64,000 nt of DNA from an uncultured virus (IMG/VR IMGVR_UViG_3300029705_000102) (taxonomy: Duplodnaviria; Heunggongvirae; Uroviricota; Caudoviricetes). The translations under genes and the position numbers were made by a program. Each line of letters starts with the position of its first letter. Within the stretch, counting starts at the first letter, position 1. Below the pieces are notes generated by a model. That model saw only the letters and a list, made by a program, of their open reading frames with translations, was not told where the DNA came from and ran no database searches. Below, in pieces: positions 19,671 through 30,018 of the stretch. Location of the stretch: the IMG/VR virus record IMGVR_UViG_3300029705_000102; one strand, 5' to 3'.

Positions 19671-20630
19671 TTAATATTCATTAATCGGAACATTTCCACC
19701 TTCCATAACAAGAGGCCAAACTTGATTGATATTTCTATTTCTGGCAATACCAGCATGAATATCAATAGTAGTATCTTCAAGTAGGAATGCATCAGGCCTC
19801 GGATAGTTAGGAATGCTTGCCCCAGTACTTCTATCAATTACATCGAAATATCTTTGACCCGTGGCCTGGTTGTATTTAACAACAACCTGTATATTAGGAT
19901 TCGATTCCATCCTCATTCTATTTTGTTCAGGGGTAAGTGCGGAACCACCTCCAATATTACTAGCAATCATTTCGACAGGAGCCACTCCAGGATTCTGTGA
20001 ATTTACTCCGATAGTAATATCCTGAATAGAAGGAACGGCAGGGGTATAACTTCCAACAGGAGTGTTGACAAACGATGAATACATATCCATAATACGCATA
20101 TCATCATTTTCATTTTGCTTATCAAGTTTAAGAGCTTTCATTCTATTAAGCTCAAGATTATGAGCCTGAGTAATTGTAGAATTAAGCTCTTTAATAGCAG
20201 AGATCTTTGTAGTAATAAGAGAGCTTGCTGATGCTGTAAGATTAGTAAGATACGTGAATTTATTCTTTAGTGTTTTACTAGAACGAACAGAATCAATATC
20301 CTGCTTAATTTCTGCATTAAGTTCATCTGCCTGAGCAATTGCTCCACGAATAAGAGCATTTGTTTCAGCATAAGATTTAGCATAATCAACTTCAACAACA
20401 GAAGTTGGTCCTTGAGGAGCTGGCTCGGAATCAACTCTTCCATCTATATTGAGTTTGGCTTTAACACGAGGATTAGACTTCTTTTTGTCATCTCCAGGCT
20501 TATTTCCTGAATCGATTTTTGAAGCATCATCACTATAGAAGAATCCGAAATCGACTCCTATTCCAGAGTCTTCTTTGTTTGCTGTCGTGTTGGTATCATT
20601 CATGATAAAGGGATCAATTAATTGTCTCAT
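19671..20630 (-). CDS. Hypothetical coiled-coil protein
   Basis: GGAGG RBS before MRQLIDPFIM; central heptad-rich helical region. Confidence 0.85.
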   Translation of the reverse strand: MRQLIDPFIMNDTNTTANKEDSGIGVDFGFFYSDDASKIDSGNKPGDDKKKSNPRVKAKLNIDGRVDSEPAPQGPTSVVEVDYAKSYAETNALIRGAIAQADELNAEIKQDIDSVRSSKTLKNKFTYLTNLTASASSLITTKISAIKELNSTITQAHNLELNRMKALKLDKQNENDDMRIMDMYSSFVNTPVGSYTPAVPSIQDITIGVNSQNPGVAPVEMIASNIGGGSALTPEQNRMRMESNPNIQVVVKYNQATGQRYFDVIDRSTGASIPNYPRPDAFLLEDTTIDIHAGIARNRNINQVWPLVMEGGNVPINEY

Positions 20631-20644
20631 TTTACTTTCCTCCA

Positions 20645-20883
20645 TTACTTTGATTTATTAAATGTGCATAGCATATAAACCCAGTAGCATATGCTTATTG
20701 GTAAAAATCCTATATTAGCAACTATAGCAAAAACCAAGATCCTAGCAAATTAGTACTTCCTTCTTCATATATTATTATAGGATTCAATACTTCACTTGCA
20801 GTTACATGCTGTGTTACAAGAATCCAAAAGAATGAAGTTAGTATATAAAATGCTATTGTAAAAGAAATAAAAACTTCAGCCAT
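20645..20883 (-). pseudogene. Small membrane protein gene, apparently frameshifted at a T5 run (20729-20733)
   Basis: MAEVFISF...GSWF stops early, while the shifted frame continues AIVANIGFLPISICYWVYMLCTFNKSK* up to the next gene's RBS. Confidence 0.5.
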
Positions 20884-20940
20884 CTTTTTCCTCCATTTTA
20901 TATTTATCAAAATGTTCTAGTAATAAATAATAACGAGATA

Positions 20941-21066
20941 AACATAAAAATAAATGCACTGATTTGCTCAAAGGGCATTTATATTTTCCTTTTATTTTTG
21001 TATGTACTAAGAATGGTAACTCCTAAAGACGAGGCATGTACTCTTGTAGTACATGCCTTTGTTTTT
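20941..21066 (+). ncRNA. Putative late small RNA with an anti-(SD+AUG) module
   Basis: AACA TAAAAA TAA promoter; 5' hairpin TAAATGC/GCATTTA; CATTTATATTTTCCTTTT; terminator near 21032-21066. Confidence 0.45.
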
Positions 21067-21145
21067 TCTCAAATAAAAGGATAAGTGTATATTATAATAG
21101 TGCCAAAAACAAAATATTAATTAAAAAGAATAGGAGGGCAATCCT

Positions 21146-23098
21146 ATGATTAAAGGACGACAACCTGGAGATAATATTACCTTAATGAATACAATGTTCT
21201 TTAGGAGAATGGATCCAAAAGATGAGAAGTTTAAAGAATTCTTAGCTCTTATCTATAAGGATGCTGATACCGGAATAAAGTATATTGAGGAAAAAGTAGA
21301 TCCTGATTATGAATATTATATGATTAATCCTGATAAAAGGGTTGATTATAATAGATTATTTGTTTCGGCTGATGATGTAGAAGCCGTTCAAGTTCCTTAT
21401 AAAGAACTTGAAAAAGATATTGCAAAACGTGTTGGTTGCCTTGATTATTTTTATGAAAATATTAAAAATGGTAACCGTACAGAAAATAGAAAAATACATC
21501 AGCACCCGGATGTATTTAATAGTGATATGAATATTGAAGATCACTATAGATTTAGATTCGATAAAATGTATAAAAATGATACAGTTCCGATTACTAAATC
21601 TTTCTTCGATATTGAGGTTGATTCCATTAATATGGTAGGCGATTTCCCAGAGCCTGGAGAATGCCCAGTTAATGCCATCACATTAATACTGCAAGAACAG
21701 CAGCAGGTCTATACGTTCTTGCTTAGAAATAAGGCCAATCCTTTAATTGCAGAATTTGAAAATTCTGTATTAGACGGATCCATCTTTCCCGAACTTGAAG
21801 CATTTGTAGTAAATGCTGTAGGCGGACCGGAGATGGCTGCGAAATATAATATTAATTTCAAATATAACTTTCTTTTTTATGATGAAGACGATGAAATTAA
21901 TCTCATCAAGGACTTATTTAATGCCTTAAACAATTTTAAACCAGACTTTGTATTGGCATGGAATATGGGATTCGACGTTCCATACCTTATTGCAAGATGC
22001 CAAAAGCTCGGATATGCTCCTGAAGATATTATGTGTCATCCTGATTTTAAGAATAAAATTGCACAATATTTTGTAGATGAAAGAATGAAAAGTGAATTCG
22101 CAGAACGTGGAGACTTTGCTTTAATCTCATCATATTCCGTATTCCTAGATCAGATGATACAATTCGCTTCTAGACGTAAAGGACAAAGTAGATTTATCTC
22201 ATTTACACTTGACTTTATTGGTGAAGCCGTAGCTAAAGTACGAAAACTTGATTATAAGCATATTACTACAAACATTGCTGAGCTTCCGTATAAAGATTAT
22301 AAAACATTCGTGTTCTATAATATTATCGATACCATTGTTCAGCATTGCATTGAATGTATGACTGGTGATATTGATTATGTATTTGGAAAGTCTCTTCTTA
22401 ATAATACCAGATATTCTAAAACTCATAGACAAACTGTCTATTTGACAAATAGAGGTTGTAAAGAATTTAGAAAAGAAGGATTTATAATTGGAAACAATGT
22501 CAATAAGTTTAATCCGCCACCGACCGAAAAATTCCCAGGTGCTTATGTAGCGGATCCTACTAAATTGGATAATACAAGTAGGCTTACTATATTTGGAAGA
22601 TTCGTAGATCTGTTTAATAATCTAGATGACTTCGACTATGCAAGCCTTTATCCATCTATTCTTCGTCAGTTTAATATAGCAGCTCACACCCAAATTGGAA
22701 AGCTCCTGTTGCCCAATAAGGTTCATGATAAAGAGAATCCTGCGAATAGAGATGACTGGAGTAGAGCTGGAGCATTTATGGAAGATATGCAGTCTCAGGT
22801 TTGGCTAGAGGTCGCTTCTAGATGGTTTAGCCTAGCAGACTATACTAAACTATATTTTGAAGTTATAGAGTTCTTTAGAGAAATGGCTGTAGCTTTAAAT
22901 GGAGTTCAGAAGTATACTAAAGATGGATTAATCATTCCAATGATTGATGTAATTGATATAACGAAAAATAGACTATACGAGCCTATGATATTTAATGATA
23001 GTCGTAGAGTTATTGATGAGCGCTATGTAGCGTATGATATTCAAAGATGGGAGGCATGGAGAAATGCTGCAATTACAAATCCAAACCAGCACTACTAA
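21146..23098 (+). CDS. Family B DNA polymerase, N-terminal subunit (3'-5' exonuclease plus motif A)
   Basis: ExoI FFDIEVD, ExoII AWNMGFDVPYL, ExoIII YNIID; FPGAYV; motif A DFDYASLYPSI; no motif B or C. Confidence 0.9.
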   Translation: MIKGRQPGDNITLMNTMFFRRMDPKDEKFKEFLALIYKDADTGIKYIEEKVDPDYEYYMINPDKRVDYNRLFVSADDVEAVQVPYKELEKDIAKRVGCLDYFYENIKNGNRTENRKIHQHPDVFNSDMNIEDHYRFRFDKMYKNDTVPITKSFFDIEVDSINMVGDFPEPGECPVNAITLILQEQQQVYTFLLRNKANPLIAEFENSVLDGSIFPELEAFVVNAVGGPEMAAKYNINFKYNFLFYDEDDEINLIKDLFNALNNFKPDFVLAWNMGFDVPYLIARCQKLGYAPEDIMCHPDFKNKIAQYFVDERMKSEFAERGDFALISSYSVFLDQMIQFASRRKGQSRFISFTLDFIGEAVAKVRKLDYKHITTNIAELPYKDYKTFVFYNIIDTIVQHCIECMTGDIDYVFGKSLLNNTRYSKTHRQTVYLTNRGCKEFRKEGFIIGNNVNKFNPPPTEKFPGAYVADPTKLDNTSRLTIFGRFVDLFNNLDDFDYASLYPSILRQFNIAAHTQIGKLLLPNKVHDKENPANRDDWSRAGAFMEDMQSQVWLEVASRWFSLADYTKLYFEVIEFFREMAVALNGVQKYTKDGLIIPMIDVIDITKNRLYEPMIFNDSRRVIDERYVAYDIQRWEAWRNAAITNPNQHY

Positions 23099-23099
23099 T

Positions 23100-23861
23100 A
23101 TGATTCCCATTAAAGATTTTCAGTATATATGCGATCTAGCAAAATGCAGTAAATGCAATTTATTTGTATTGCTTAAAGCTACAAATAAACTTTATGGAGC
23201 TAATGATGATTGCTGTTGTATACATGAAATCGATGTACCATTCTTGGTAGATACTGATTTAATATTTAGAATGGATGAAGTAGATAAAGAACTATTAGCT
23301 TCTTATAAAAATTTCTTTGTCCCAGACAGATTCAATTGGGTCATTCTACCAGACTATTATTGGGAAATGTACGTTTCTGGAGATCTGGTGACTAAGTATA
23401 TTGATGAAAGATATTTTATCATAGATCGCACAACAGGTCTCCCGATTCAACAAATTCAGATGTTTAGAAGCAATCCTGAATTCGATTTATCCAAAGCTGC
23501 TATTTTAAGACAGTTGGAGGGATATTTGCTAAGAATAAAACAACTATCATATCCAGAGTTCTTTACAAATGTAGAGCAAGATCCTAAGATCAGACAAGCA
23601 TTTGATAGTAAAGCGGCTATGGGAAGATTCCTATGCAACTTTAAAAATGAGAATATTAATGTACTATTCTATTTCTACAAAGGAATGTTTTCGTTGGCTA
23701 AAGCAGACACATTAGATCTTGAAATTCGCACAGATTTATATAATAGAAACTGTTTTATGGCAACATTCAAACCTAAAAAGAAAAAGAACCCATTAACGTT
23801 TAATACGTATGGAGTAGCTTTTCAAGAGAAAATCCATTGTATGTATATTAATATGGCTTAA
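23100..23861 (+). CDS. Hypothetical protein translationally coupled to the polymerase subunit
   Basis: ATG at 23100, one base after the polymerase stop; about 253 aa. Confidence 0.75.
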   Translation: MIPIKDFQYICDLAKCSKCNLFVLLKATNKLYGANDDCCCIHEIDVPFLVDTDLIFRMDEVDKELLASYKNFFVPDRFNWVILPDYYWEMYVSGDLVTKYIDERYFIIDRTTGLPIQQIQMFRSNPEFDLSKAAILRQLEGYLLRIKQLSYPEFFTNVEQDPKIRQAFDSKAAMGRFLCNFKNENINVLFYFYKGMFSLAKADTLDLEIRTDLYNRNCFMATFKPKKKKNPLTFNTYGVAFQEKIHCMYINMA

Positions 23862-23973
23862 TCTAAACCCCTCTAGACCTTATATCTAGAGGGGTTTATT
23901 TTTTTTTATACAGCATTAGCTCAACATCTAAATAAGTTGAAATACGTCAAAATACTATAGCGAGGTGATATTT

Positions 23974-26367
23974 ATGGCAAAAGATAATAAAGCTATAGCT
24001 AGAGCTAATCGCAATATTCAAAACCTTGCTAATGGCATTAATCAAGGTATGGACGATCTCTATAGGAGCACATATCTAACAACGCCACAGCAAGGAAAGG
24101 ATCTTAGAGATCTCGGTAGTCGGATTAACTCTAGTATTGATAATATTGTAAATAGAAATATGGATACAATTGGCATGCCAAGCGTATCCAAATTGTATAC
24201 GCGTATTGCAGCTACTCAAGGAAGAGGTACAAAGAATAATAGAGTCATTAGTGAGCTTGAAAGCCTATTTGATAATGGTCTTATTAACGATGATATCTAT
24301 AGCTTGTTTATGAGTAATAGATATTTGAAAGAGCTTGATAATGAAATTGATACTGTTTGTAAGTACATGCCCAAACTCGAAGAAGCACTTCTAGTACAAA
24401 AGGATTGTGTTCTTTCAGCAGATCATTTCTCTAAAGATTTTATTAATATCACTAGTGCAGCAGGTTCCACAGAACTTGATGGAAGTACTTTTGCAGAAAG
24501 AATATCTGATCTTAAGAAAAAGTATAAACTTGCTGAATTAGTTGATCATATTTATGAAGAAACTTCTAAATATGGTGAAAAATTTGTATATAGGGTTCCT
24601 TATAGTACTGCAATTGCAAGACTTCTTGCAACTAAAGCAAATACTACTCTTGTGAAAAATGAAAGCACAGGCGAAACAAGAGAATTTGAAATGAATACTT
24701 ACTTTACTATTCATATGGATAATAAATCATTTGCTATCAAAGAAGCTACAATTGGAACTGAGATGGTTAATGAAAGTGCTACTCATATAGTAAAGAAAGA
24801 GAATAAGAAGACTGGAACGTTTTCTGAAGTAGAGTCTGCAATTCTTGGTGAAAAAGAACAGTTTGATCTTAATATTGAAATTTGTAAGTCTGGTATTATA
24901 GAATCTGCTGTTGCAAATGTAAAAGCAGCTTTTAAGAAAAAGATGAAATTCTCTGCAGACTCCATGAACAAAATTTATGAGCAAACCATTTTAAGAGAGT
25001 CTGGAAATTCAAAGACACCAGAAGCGAAAGGAAATCTTGAATTTGACGATAAGAACCCTTTAGATGCAAGGTTGATTGCTAATGATGGATTAGTCACAGG
25101 AGAAGCACCATCGCTTCCTGATGTTAAAGCTCCCGGATGCGTAATCCAGAAGTTGCCTAGAGAAAATACTATTCCCATCTATATAGATGATATGTGTATG
25201 GGATACTATTATTTCGAGGTAAGAACTGTAGATGATTCTGAATCATTCTTTGGATTTAAGAATATTCTTGGTGACCCTCTAACAAATATGCGTGGAGATA
25301 AGCGTAATACATTTAATTCTGTAGATACACAAAGGCAAGATGACGCGATAAAATATGTTGCAGGTCAGCTGTCTGGCTTTATTGATAAGCAATTTGTAAA
25401 TAATAATCAGGATCTTGCTAAAGAGATTTATATGATTCTTAAATACAATGATCTTTTCAATACGCCATCGATTGATAGAATTAAAGTTACATTTGTACCT
25501 CCGGAAGATATGGTTCATTTCTATTTTAGACTTGATCCACAAACTCACAGAGGTATCTCAGATCTTGATAAGTCCCTTATACCTGCAAAGATTTATTCGA
25601 GCTTGTATATAACAAACTCTATTGGAATTCTTACAAGAGGTCAAGACAAGAGAGCATATTATGTAAAACAAACAGTTGATACCAATATTGCTCAAACACT
25701 GCTTAATACTATTGCACAGATTAAGCAAGGTAACTTTGGAATTAGGCAGTTCCAAAATATAAACAATATCCTTAATATTACAGGTCGTTTCAATGACTTT
25801 GTAATTCCCACAAATGCTTCAGGCGATCCTCCTATTAGTGTAGAAGTTATACCTGGGCAAGAGTTTAACACTTATGAAGATTTGCTTGATAAGCTTGAAG
25901 AAATGGCTATCAATAGTACTGGAATACCGATAGAGATTATTCAGGCGAGACAGTCTGTTGATTATGCTATGCAACTTACAATGTCTTCTAGCAAAGTTCT
26001 AAGATTCTGTTATAAGAGACAGGAGCTATTTGAAGATGATCTTGCTGAATTGATCGGTCCTCTATATAATTATGAATATAGAGATACCGCAAGTATAGAA
26101 GTTAAACTTCCGCCTCCTAGTTTCATAAATGTAACAAATACAAATCAGCTTGTTGATAATACTAAAACATTTGTAAATTCTATTGTAGAAGTCGAATTGG
26201 CTAATGAGGATAATGAGGCTCTTAAGAATGAGTACACCATGGAATTAATTAAACATTATCTTGGAAGCCATTTGGATATTAAGTCTCATGAAGATATACT
26301 CAATAGATGTAGGTTAAAGGTTGCTGCAAAAGCTGATGAATCCCACACGGATGATGGTGGATTTTAA
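23974..26367 (+). CDS. Portal protein
   Basis: KRAYYV...DFVIPTNASGDPPISVEVIPG...AINSTGIP resembles the T4 gp20-type portal core; late-type promoter at 23923-23935. Confidence 0.75.
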   Translation: MAKDNKAIARANRNIQNLANGINQGMDDLYRSTYLTTPQQGKDLRDLGSRINSSIDNIVNRNMDTIGMPSVSKLYTRIAATQGRGTKNNRVISELESLFDNGLINDDIYSLFMSNRYLKELDNEIDTVCKYMPKLEEALLVQKDCVLSADHFSKDFINITSAAGSTELDGSTFAERISDLKKKYKLAELVDHIYEETSKYGEKFVYRVPYSTAIARLLATKANTTLVKNESTGETREFEMNTYFTIHMDNKSFAIKEATIGTEMVNESATHIVKKENKKTGTFSEVESAILGEKEQFDLNIEICKSGIIESAVANVKAAFKKKMKFSADSMNKIYEQTILRESGNSKTPEAKGNLEFDDKNPLDARLIANDGLVTGEAPSLPDVKAPGCVIQKLPRENTIPIYIDDMCMGYYYFEVRTVDDSESFFGFKNILGDPLTNMRGDKRNTFNSVDTQRQDDAIKYVAGQLSGFIDKQFVNNNQDLAKEIYMILKYNDLFNTPSIDRIKVTFVPPEDMVHFYFRLDPQTHRGISDLDKSLIPAKIYSSLYITNSIGILTRGQDKRAYYVKQTVDTNIAQTLLNTIAQIKQGNFGIRQFQNINNILNITGRFNDFVIPTNASGDPPISVEVIPGQEFNTYEDLLDKLEEMAINSTGIPIEIIQARQSVDYAMQLTMSSSKVLRFCYKRQELFEDDLAELIGPLYNYEYRDTASIEVKLPPPSFINVTNTNQLVDNTKTFVNSIVEVELANEDNEALKNEYTMELIKHYLGSHLDIKSHEDILNRCRLKVAAKADESHTDDGGF

Positions 26368-26372
26368 AACAA

Positions 26373-26406
26373 ATAAGAGTATGGAGATTTCTCTCCATAC
26401 TCTTAT
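26373..26406. terminator. Bidirectional terminator between the convergent portal and tail tube genes
   Basis: 15-bp inverted repeat flanked by A- and T-rich tracts. Confidence 0.8.
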
Positions 26407-26418
26407 ATTTTTTTCTTC

Positions 26419-27264
26419 TTACTTCTTGGTATCAGGAGCAAGCTTGTTCTGAGCAAGACCAGTATTGGTATCATCAACACCAGCATACTTGTAAGTCCAG
26501 CTATTACGCTGTACCTGCTTAGCATTGCTGGAGCTGTTCATCCAGTCAAGGATCTTCTTAGCACGAGCATTTACTGCTGCACCACGAATCGGGAAGCCAG
26601 AGAACTCACAAGTGAGCTCCTGGAAGTTAACTTCGCCCTTAGAACCATTGTAGATCTGAAGCTCAGCAGTCGTAGGCATTGCACCAACGATGTAAGCTGC
26701 ATTCTCTACGAGCAAACCGGTATTATCGGTATGCATGTAAAGGAAGCTGAAGCACTCCTTATTTACGCCGGCATCCTGAGGATTAATCTGATCATTATTG
26801 AAACCAATAAGACCATTATAAGTCTTGAAGCCAGAGCTGGGGTCTCTTACAGATCTGAGGTAAAGCTCATGCATCTTAGTAAGAATAGAACCAGCCTTCT
26901 CGTAATATCTCATCGAGAACGTAGAACCACCCTGAGCCGTAGTCTTAGTAATGAGGTTAAGGCTCTGGAGACCATTAGTGATATCCTGAGTTTCACCAGT
27001 CATGTTCTCAAGACCAGAATCAAGTCCACGGAACTCGTACTCGAGAATGTGAATATAGGTATTAAGCAATCCAGCAATCTCTTCGTCACGGTCAGCCATT
27101 TTCTTAAGGAAATCAGGAACCGAAACTACTACGAGATAGGGATAACCACTCTCATACAGGTCAAACTGCTTGAGCTGAGAAAAGTCCGTAGTACCACGGA
27201 ACAGCGTATAAGCAGTAAGATCTCTAGGAGTTTTGAGATCGGTAAACATATTATAAGCGCCCAT
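26419..27264 (-). CDS. Tail tube protein
   Basis: 281 aa directly downstream of the sheath gene; highly expressed codon bias. Confidence 0.7.
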   Translation of the reverse strand: MGAYNMFTDLKTPRDLTAYTLFRGTTDFSQLKQFDLYESGYPYLVVVSVPDFLKKMADRDEEIAGLLNTYIHILEYEFRGLDSGLENMTGETQDITNGLQSLNLITKTTAQGGSTFSMRYYEKAGSILTKMHELYLRSVRDPSSGFKTYNGLIGFNNDQINPQDAGVNKECFSFLYMHTDNTGLLVENAAYIVGAMPTTAELQIYNGSKGEVNFQELTCEFSGFPIRGAAVNARAKKILDWMNSSSNAKQVQRNSWTYKYAGVDDTNTGLAQNKLAPDTKK

Positions 27265-27288
27265 AAATCAAATTCTCCTTTCTATAAA

Positions 27289-29160
27289 TTACTGCTCGGT
27301 TTGAATTGCAGTAACCTTGAACCACTCTGTCTGAACAAAGTTCTTGTATGCAACATTAAGGATAGCATAGAAGATCTTGTTAGCAGCGTAAGTAGCATTG
27401 CTGATATACTCAAGCTCAAGGGTAGCGAAGTTGCTTCTATAAGCATCGAGAATTTCATCAACATCTGCCTTATAATTCTCAAGATCATCGCCAGTGATGA
27501 AGGAATAACGAATAGCAGGGCACTTGGTACGGATAGCCTTAACGACTTCCTGAATACCCATTACGTTATTGATATAAGACCACTGAGTATACTTCTCCTG
27601 AGAGGTATAAAGGGTTTCGATAACAAGCTGGTTATCAATGTACGAAGCATAGTTAACACGCATGTCATCAAGGATCTCCTTCTGATTCTCCTCAGGGCAA
27701 ATCGTAGGAGCAAAGGAAAGAGTTCCATATACAGCATCACCAATAACCATGCCGAACTTCATACCTGCAGAAGGAAGAATCGAACCATTGTTAAGGTGAG
27801 CAACAAGTAGTTTAGCCAAGCTATAACCAACCGTAACGGAGATCTGTCTCTTCGTATAAGGATCGATTACATCATAGGACTGGGGATAGGTTGCGCAGAA
27901 CATGCTCTTAACTTCGGACTCACACTTAGCCTCGATAAGAGAAATAGAGTTCTGGCCAAGACCCTGGTCACGGAAGTACATAAAGTCCTCACGGAATACT
28001 GCAAGGGTCTCGATAACACGCTTAACAGCATCGGGATAGTTAGCGTCGATAATAGCGCTAATCTTATACTGCTCAACGTTAAAGATAACGGGGTCAAACT
28101 TACCGTTGAATGCAGCGGTAGCCTGCTTAACCCACTCAGTTTCGTTACCAATAGGTCTATTGCCAAACGAACCATTGTCACCGTTAAGGAGAGTAATGCC
28201 ATATGCATACTGAAGATCCTCAGATCCCTCAGCAATAACAAAATTATCCATAGCGGTTCCACGATAGTCATAGCCAAAGAGAAGGTCAAGGCCATAGCCC
28301 TCACCAGCCTCAAGGCCAAGAGCATTCTCTACAGCAGCAACAAAGTTATCCATGTCCTCATCAGATGCATAGCAGGAGATCTGAGTAGCATTGGTATCGA
28401 TCATTGCCTTAAGAGAAATATTGATGTTGTACTGAATAGTACTGGGGTTGAGTGCAAACGAGAAGCTCTCAGTCTCACCGCTATCCTCAATAACTGCAAA
28501 AGTATAGTAGGTATAGCCAAGATTCTTAGAAAGCTTGTAATTAGGAACGATCTTGATTCTCTTCTTGCTAGAACCACGACCATTGTCTGCAATCATATAA
28601 ATAAGGTACTCACCCTCTGCAAGATTAGCTTTAACTTTCTCATAAGCATCCTTTGCATCGGAAGCACCAACTGCAGACTCAGTGCGATAACTTACCGTGT
28701 TAACGGCAACGGACTTCTCTACCATTACAGGATAAGCGGTAACAGTGGTGACCTCAGTGGTCGTAGCTGCACCCTGCTCATCTACTTCATAGTAGAGGGG
28801 CTTTCCATCTGCATCAGTCTTCTGCTCGGTAACGGTCTTTTCCGTCGTACCCAGTTTTGCGATAATACCGATATTTGCAAGAGTTGCATCGTCAGCAACA
28901 AGTCTCTTACAAAGCAACTCAGCACCAGCGCTAATGCTGGCAGCAGCCTGAAGCAACGGCTGACCATGGCGACTGAACGAGATAGATTTACCATACATAT
29001 TAAAGAAGCTCTCACCAGAAATACGAGTCCATTTCTCAGTACCCTTATCTGATGTAAAGACCGCACAAAACAGCGGTGTATTTCTAACTTCAGTTGTTTC
29101 TACGACGACACTGGCAATATTACTCTGGTCCTCGTAATCAACAATAACACCAGGATACAT
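27289..29160 (-). CDS. Tail sheath protein
   Basis: N-terminal MYPGV; F...YG; LLNGDNG; IIDANYP; sheath-like C-terminal domain. Confidence 0.82.
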   Translation of the reverse strand: MYPGVIVDYEDQSNIASVVVETTEVRNTPLFCAVFTSDKGTEKWTRISGESFFNMYGKSISFSRHGQPLLQAAASISAGAELLCKRLVADDATLANIGIIAKLGTTEKTVTEQKTDADGKPLYYEVDEQGAATTTEVTTVTAYPVMVEKSVAVNTVSYRTESAVGASDAKDAYEKVKANLAEGEYLIYMIADNGRGSSKKRIKIVPNYKLSKNLGYTYYTFAVIEDSGETESFSFALNPSTIQYNINISLKAMIDTNATQISCYASDEDMDNFVAAVENALGLEAGEGYGLDLLFGYDYRGTAMDNFVIAEGSEDLQYAYGITLLNGDNGSFGNRPIGNETEWVKQATAAFNGKFDPVIFNVEQYKISAIIDANYPDAVKRVIETLAVFREDFMYFRDQGLGQNSISLIEAKCESEVKSMFCATYPQSYDVIDPYTKRQISVTVGYSLAKLLVAHLNNGSILPSAGMKFGMVIGDAVYGTLSFAPTICPEENQKEILDDMRVNYASYIDNQLVIETLYTSQEKYTQWSYINNVMGIQEVVKAIRTKCPAIRYSFITGDDLENYKADVDEILDAYRSNFATLELEYISNATYAANKIFYAILNVAYKNFVQTEWFKVTAIQTEQ

Positions 29161-29256
29161 AACGTTTCCTCCTTTTTATAGTATAATTTGTAAATAGCTC
29201 GAATGCTTTTACGAATGGGCATTAGTAGCTTTTAATTCTATGTTCTTTAAGACCAC

Positions 29257-29991
29257 TCAGTCATGGTTTCCCATCAACAACTTTTCCATAGGAGAATTTG
29301 TATCTGTAGGATTCATAATTGCACCAATTACGCCCAGATCCCAGTTCTCACTACCAATAGAAGAGCTCGGAGAAATATACTTAGGTAGGTCTTTAATACT
29401 AATAGCACGATAAGACATTTGATCTTTAAAATTAGTGTGTCTAAATGCTTTAGAAGGATCCTTGGCATCTCTACACATTTCGCTAATAACAACTCCAAAC
29501 ATTTGAAGCGTCATATCATAAGAAGATCCATTTAATTCCATAGCATCTACAAAATAATTTTGCAGTTTATCATAAGGAATTGTAGTAGGAAGTTTGCCAG
29601 TTAAAAATATTCTATAGAAATCTTCAACATTAGCAATATTTTGAGGAACTTTAACTGATACTACTACAGCATCGCCCTTTTCAAAAATAAGCAATCTATA
29701 GTCCATCGGTTCTGTGGCCTCTTTTAATTTCAAATTTTTAGCCTTCTCTGTTCTAGAAGGCTTGCACAAGAAGACTGTAGGAAAGTTGAATCGTTTTAAT
29801 CCTATATTTGTGCCATTTGGATTATAAATAGTATAATCAAGAATGCCAAGAAGATTAATATATTCTCCTTTAATTTGAGCATCACCTCTATCAAAATACA
29901 ATTCTGGTACATAAAATACGAACTGACCATCTTGATTGAATAGCAATGAGTCTCCATCACGTTTTAAAAATTTAGGCACATTATATGCCAT
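29257..29991 (-). CDS. Probable virion RNA polymerase beta' extreme C-terminal piece
   Basis: MFGVVISEMCRD resembles RpoC HIEVIVRQM; SSSIGSENWDLGVIGAI...SPMEKLLMG resembles SFLSAASFxET...LKENVIIG. Confidence 0.55.
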   Translation of the reverse strand: MAYNVPKFLKRDGDSLLFNQDGQFVFYVPELYFDRGDAQIKGEYINLLGILDYTIYNPNGTNIGLKRFNFPTVFLCKPSRTEKAKNLKLKEATEPMDYRLLIFEKGDAVVVSVKVPQNIANVEDFYRIFLTGKLPTTIPYDKLQNYFVDAMELNGSSYDMTLQMFGVVISEMCRDAKDPSKAFRHTNFKDQMSYRAISIKDLPKYISPSSSIGSENWDLGVIGAIMNPTDTNSPMEKLLMGNHD

Positions 29992-30018
29992 ATTCACACC
30001 TCCTTATTTGATTCAGAA

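Noticed and set aside
19596..19837. Short ORFs 19596-19784 (+) and 19610-19837 (-)
   Set aside because: They overlap a terminator and the real gene 19671-20630, and lack RBS support.
27289..29991. FDPVIF (sheath) and TEPMDY (29257 gene) as copies of the shared motif
   Set aside because: Partial matches lacking the Met or the preceding hydrophobic residues; treated as chance, though the second is uncertain.
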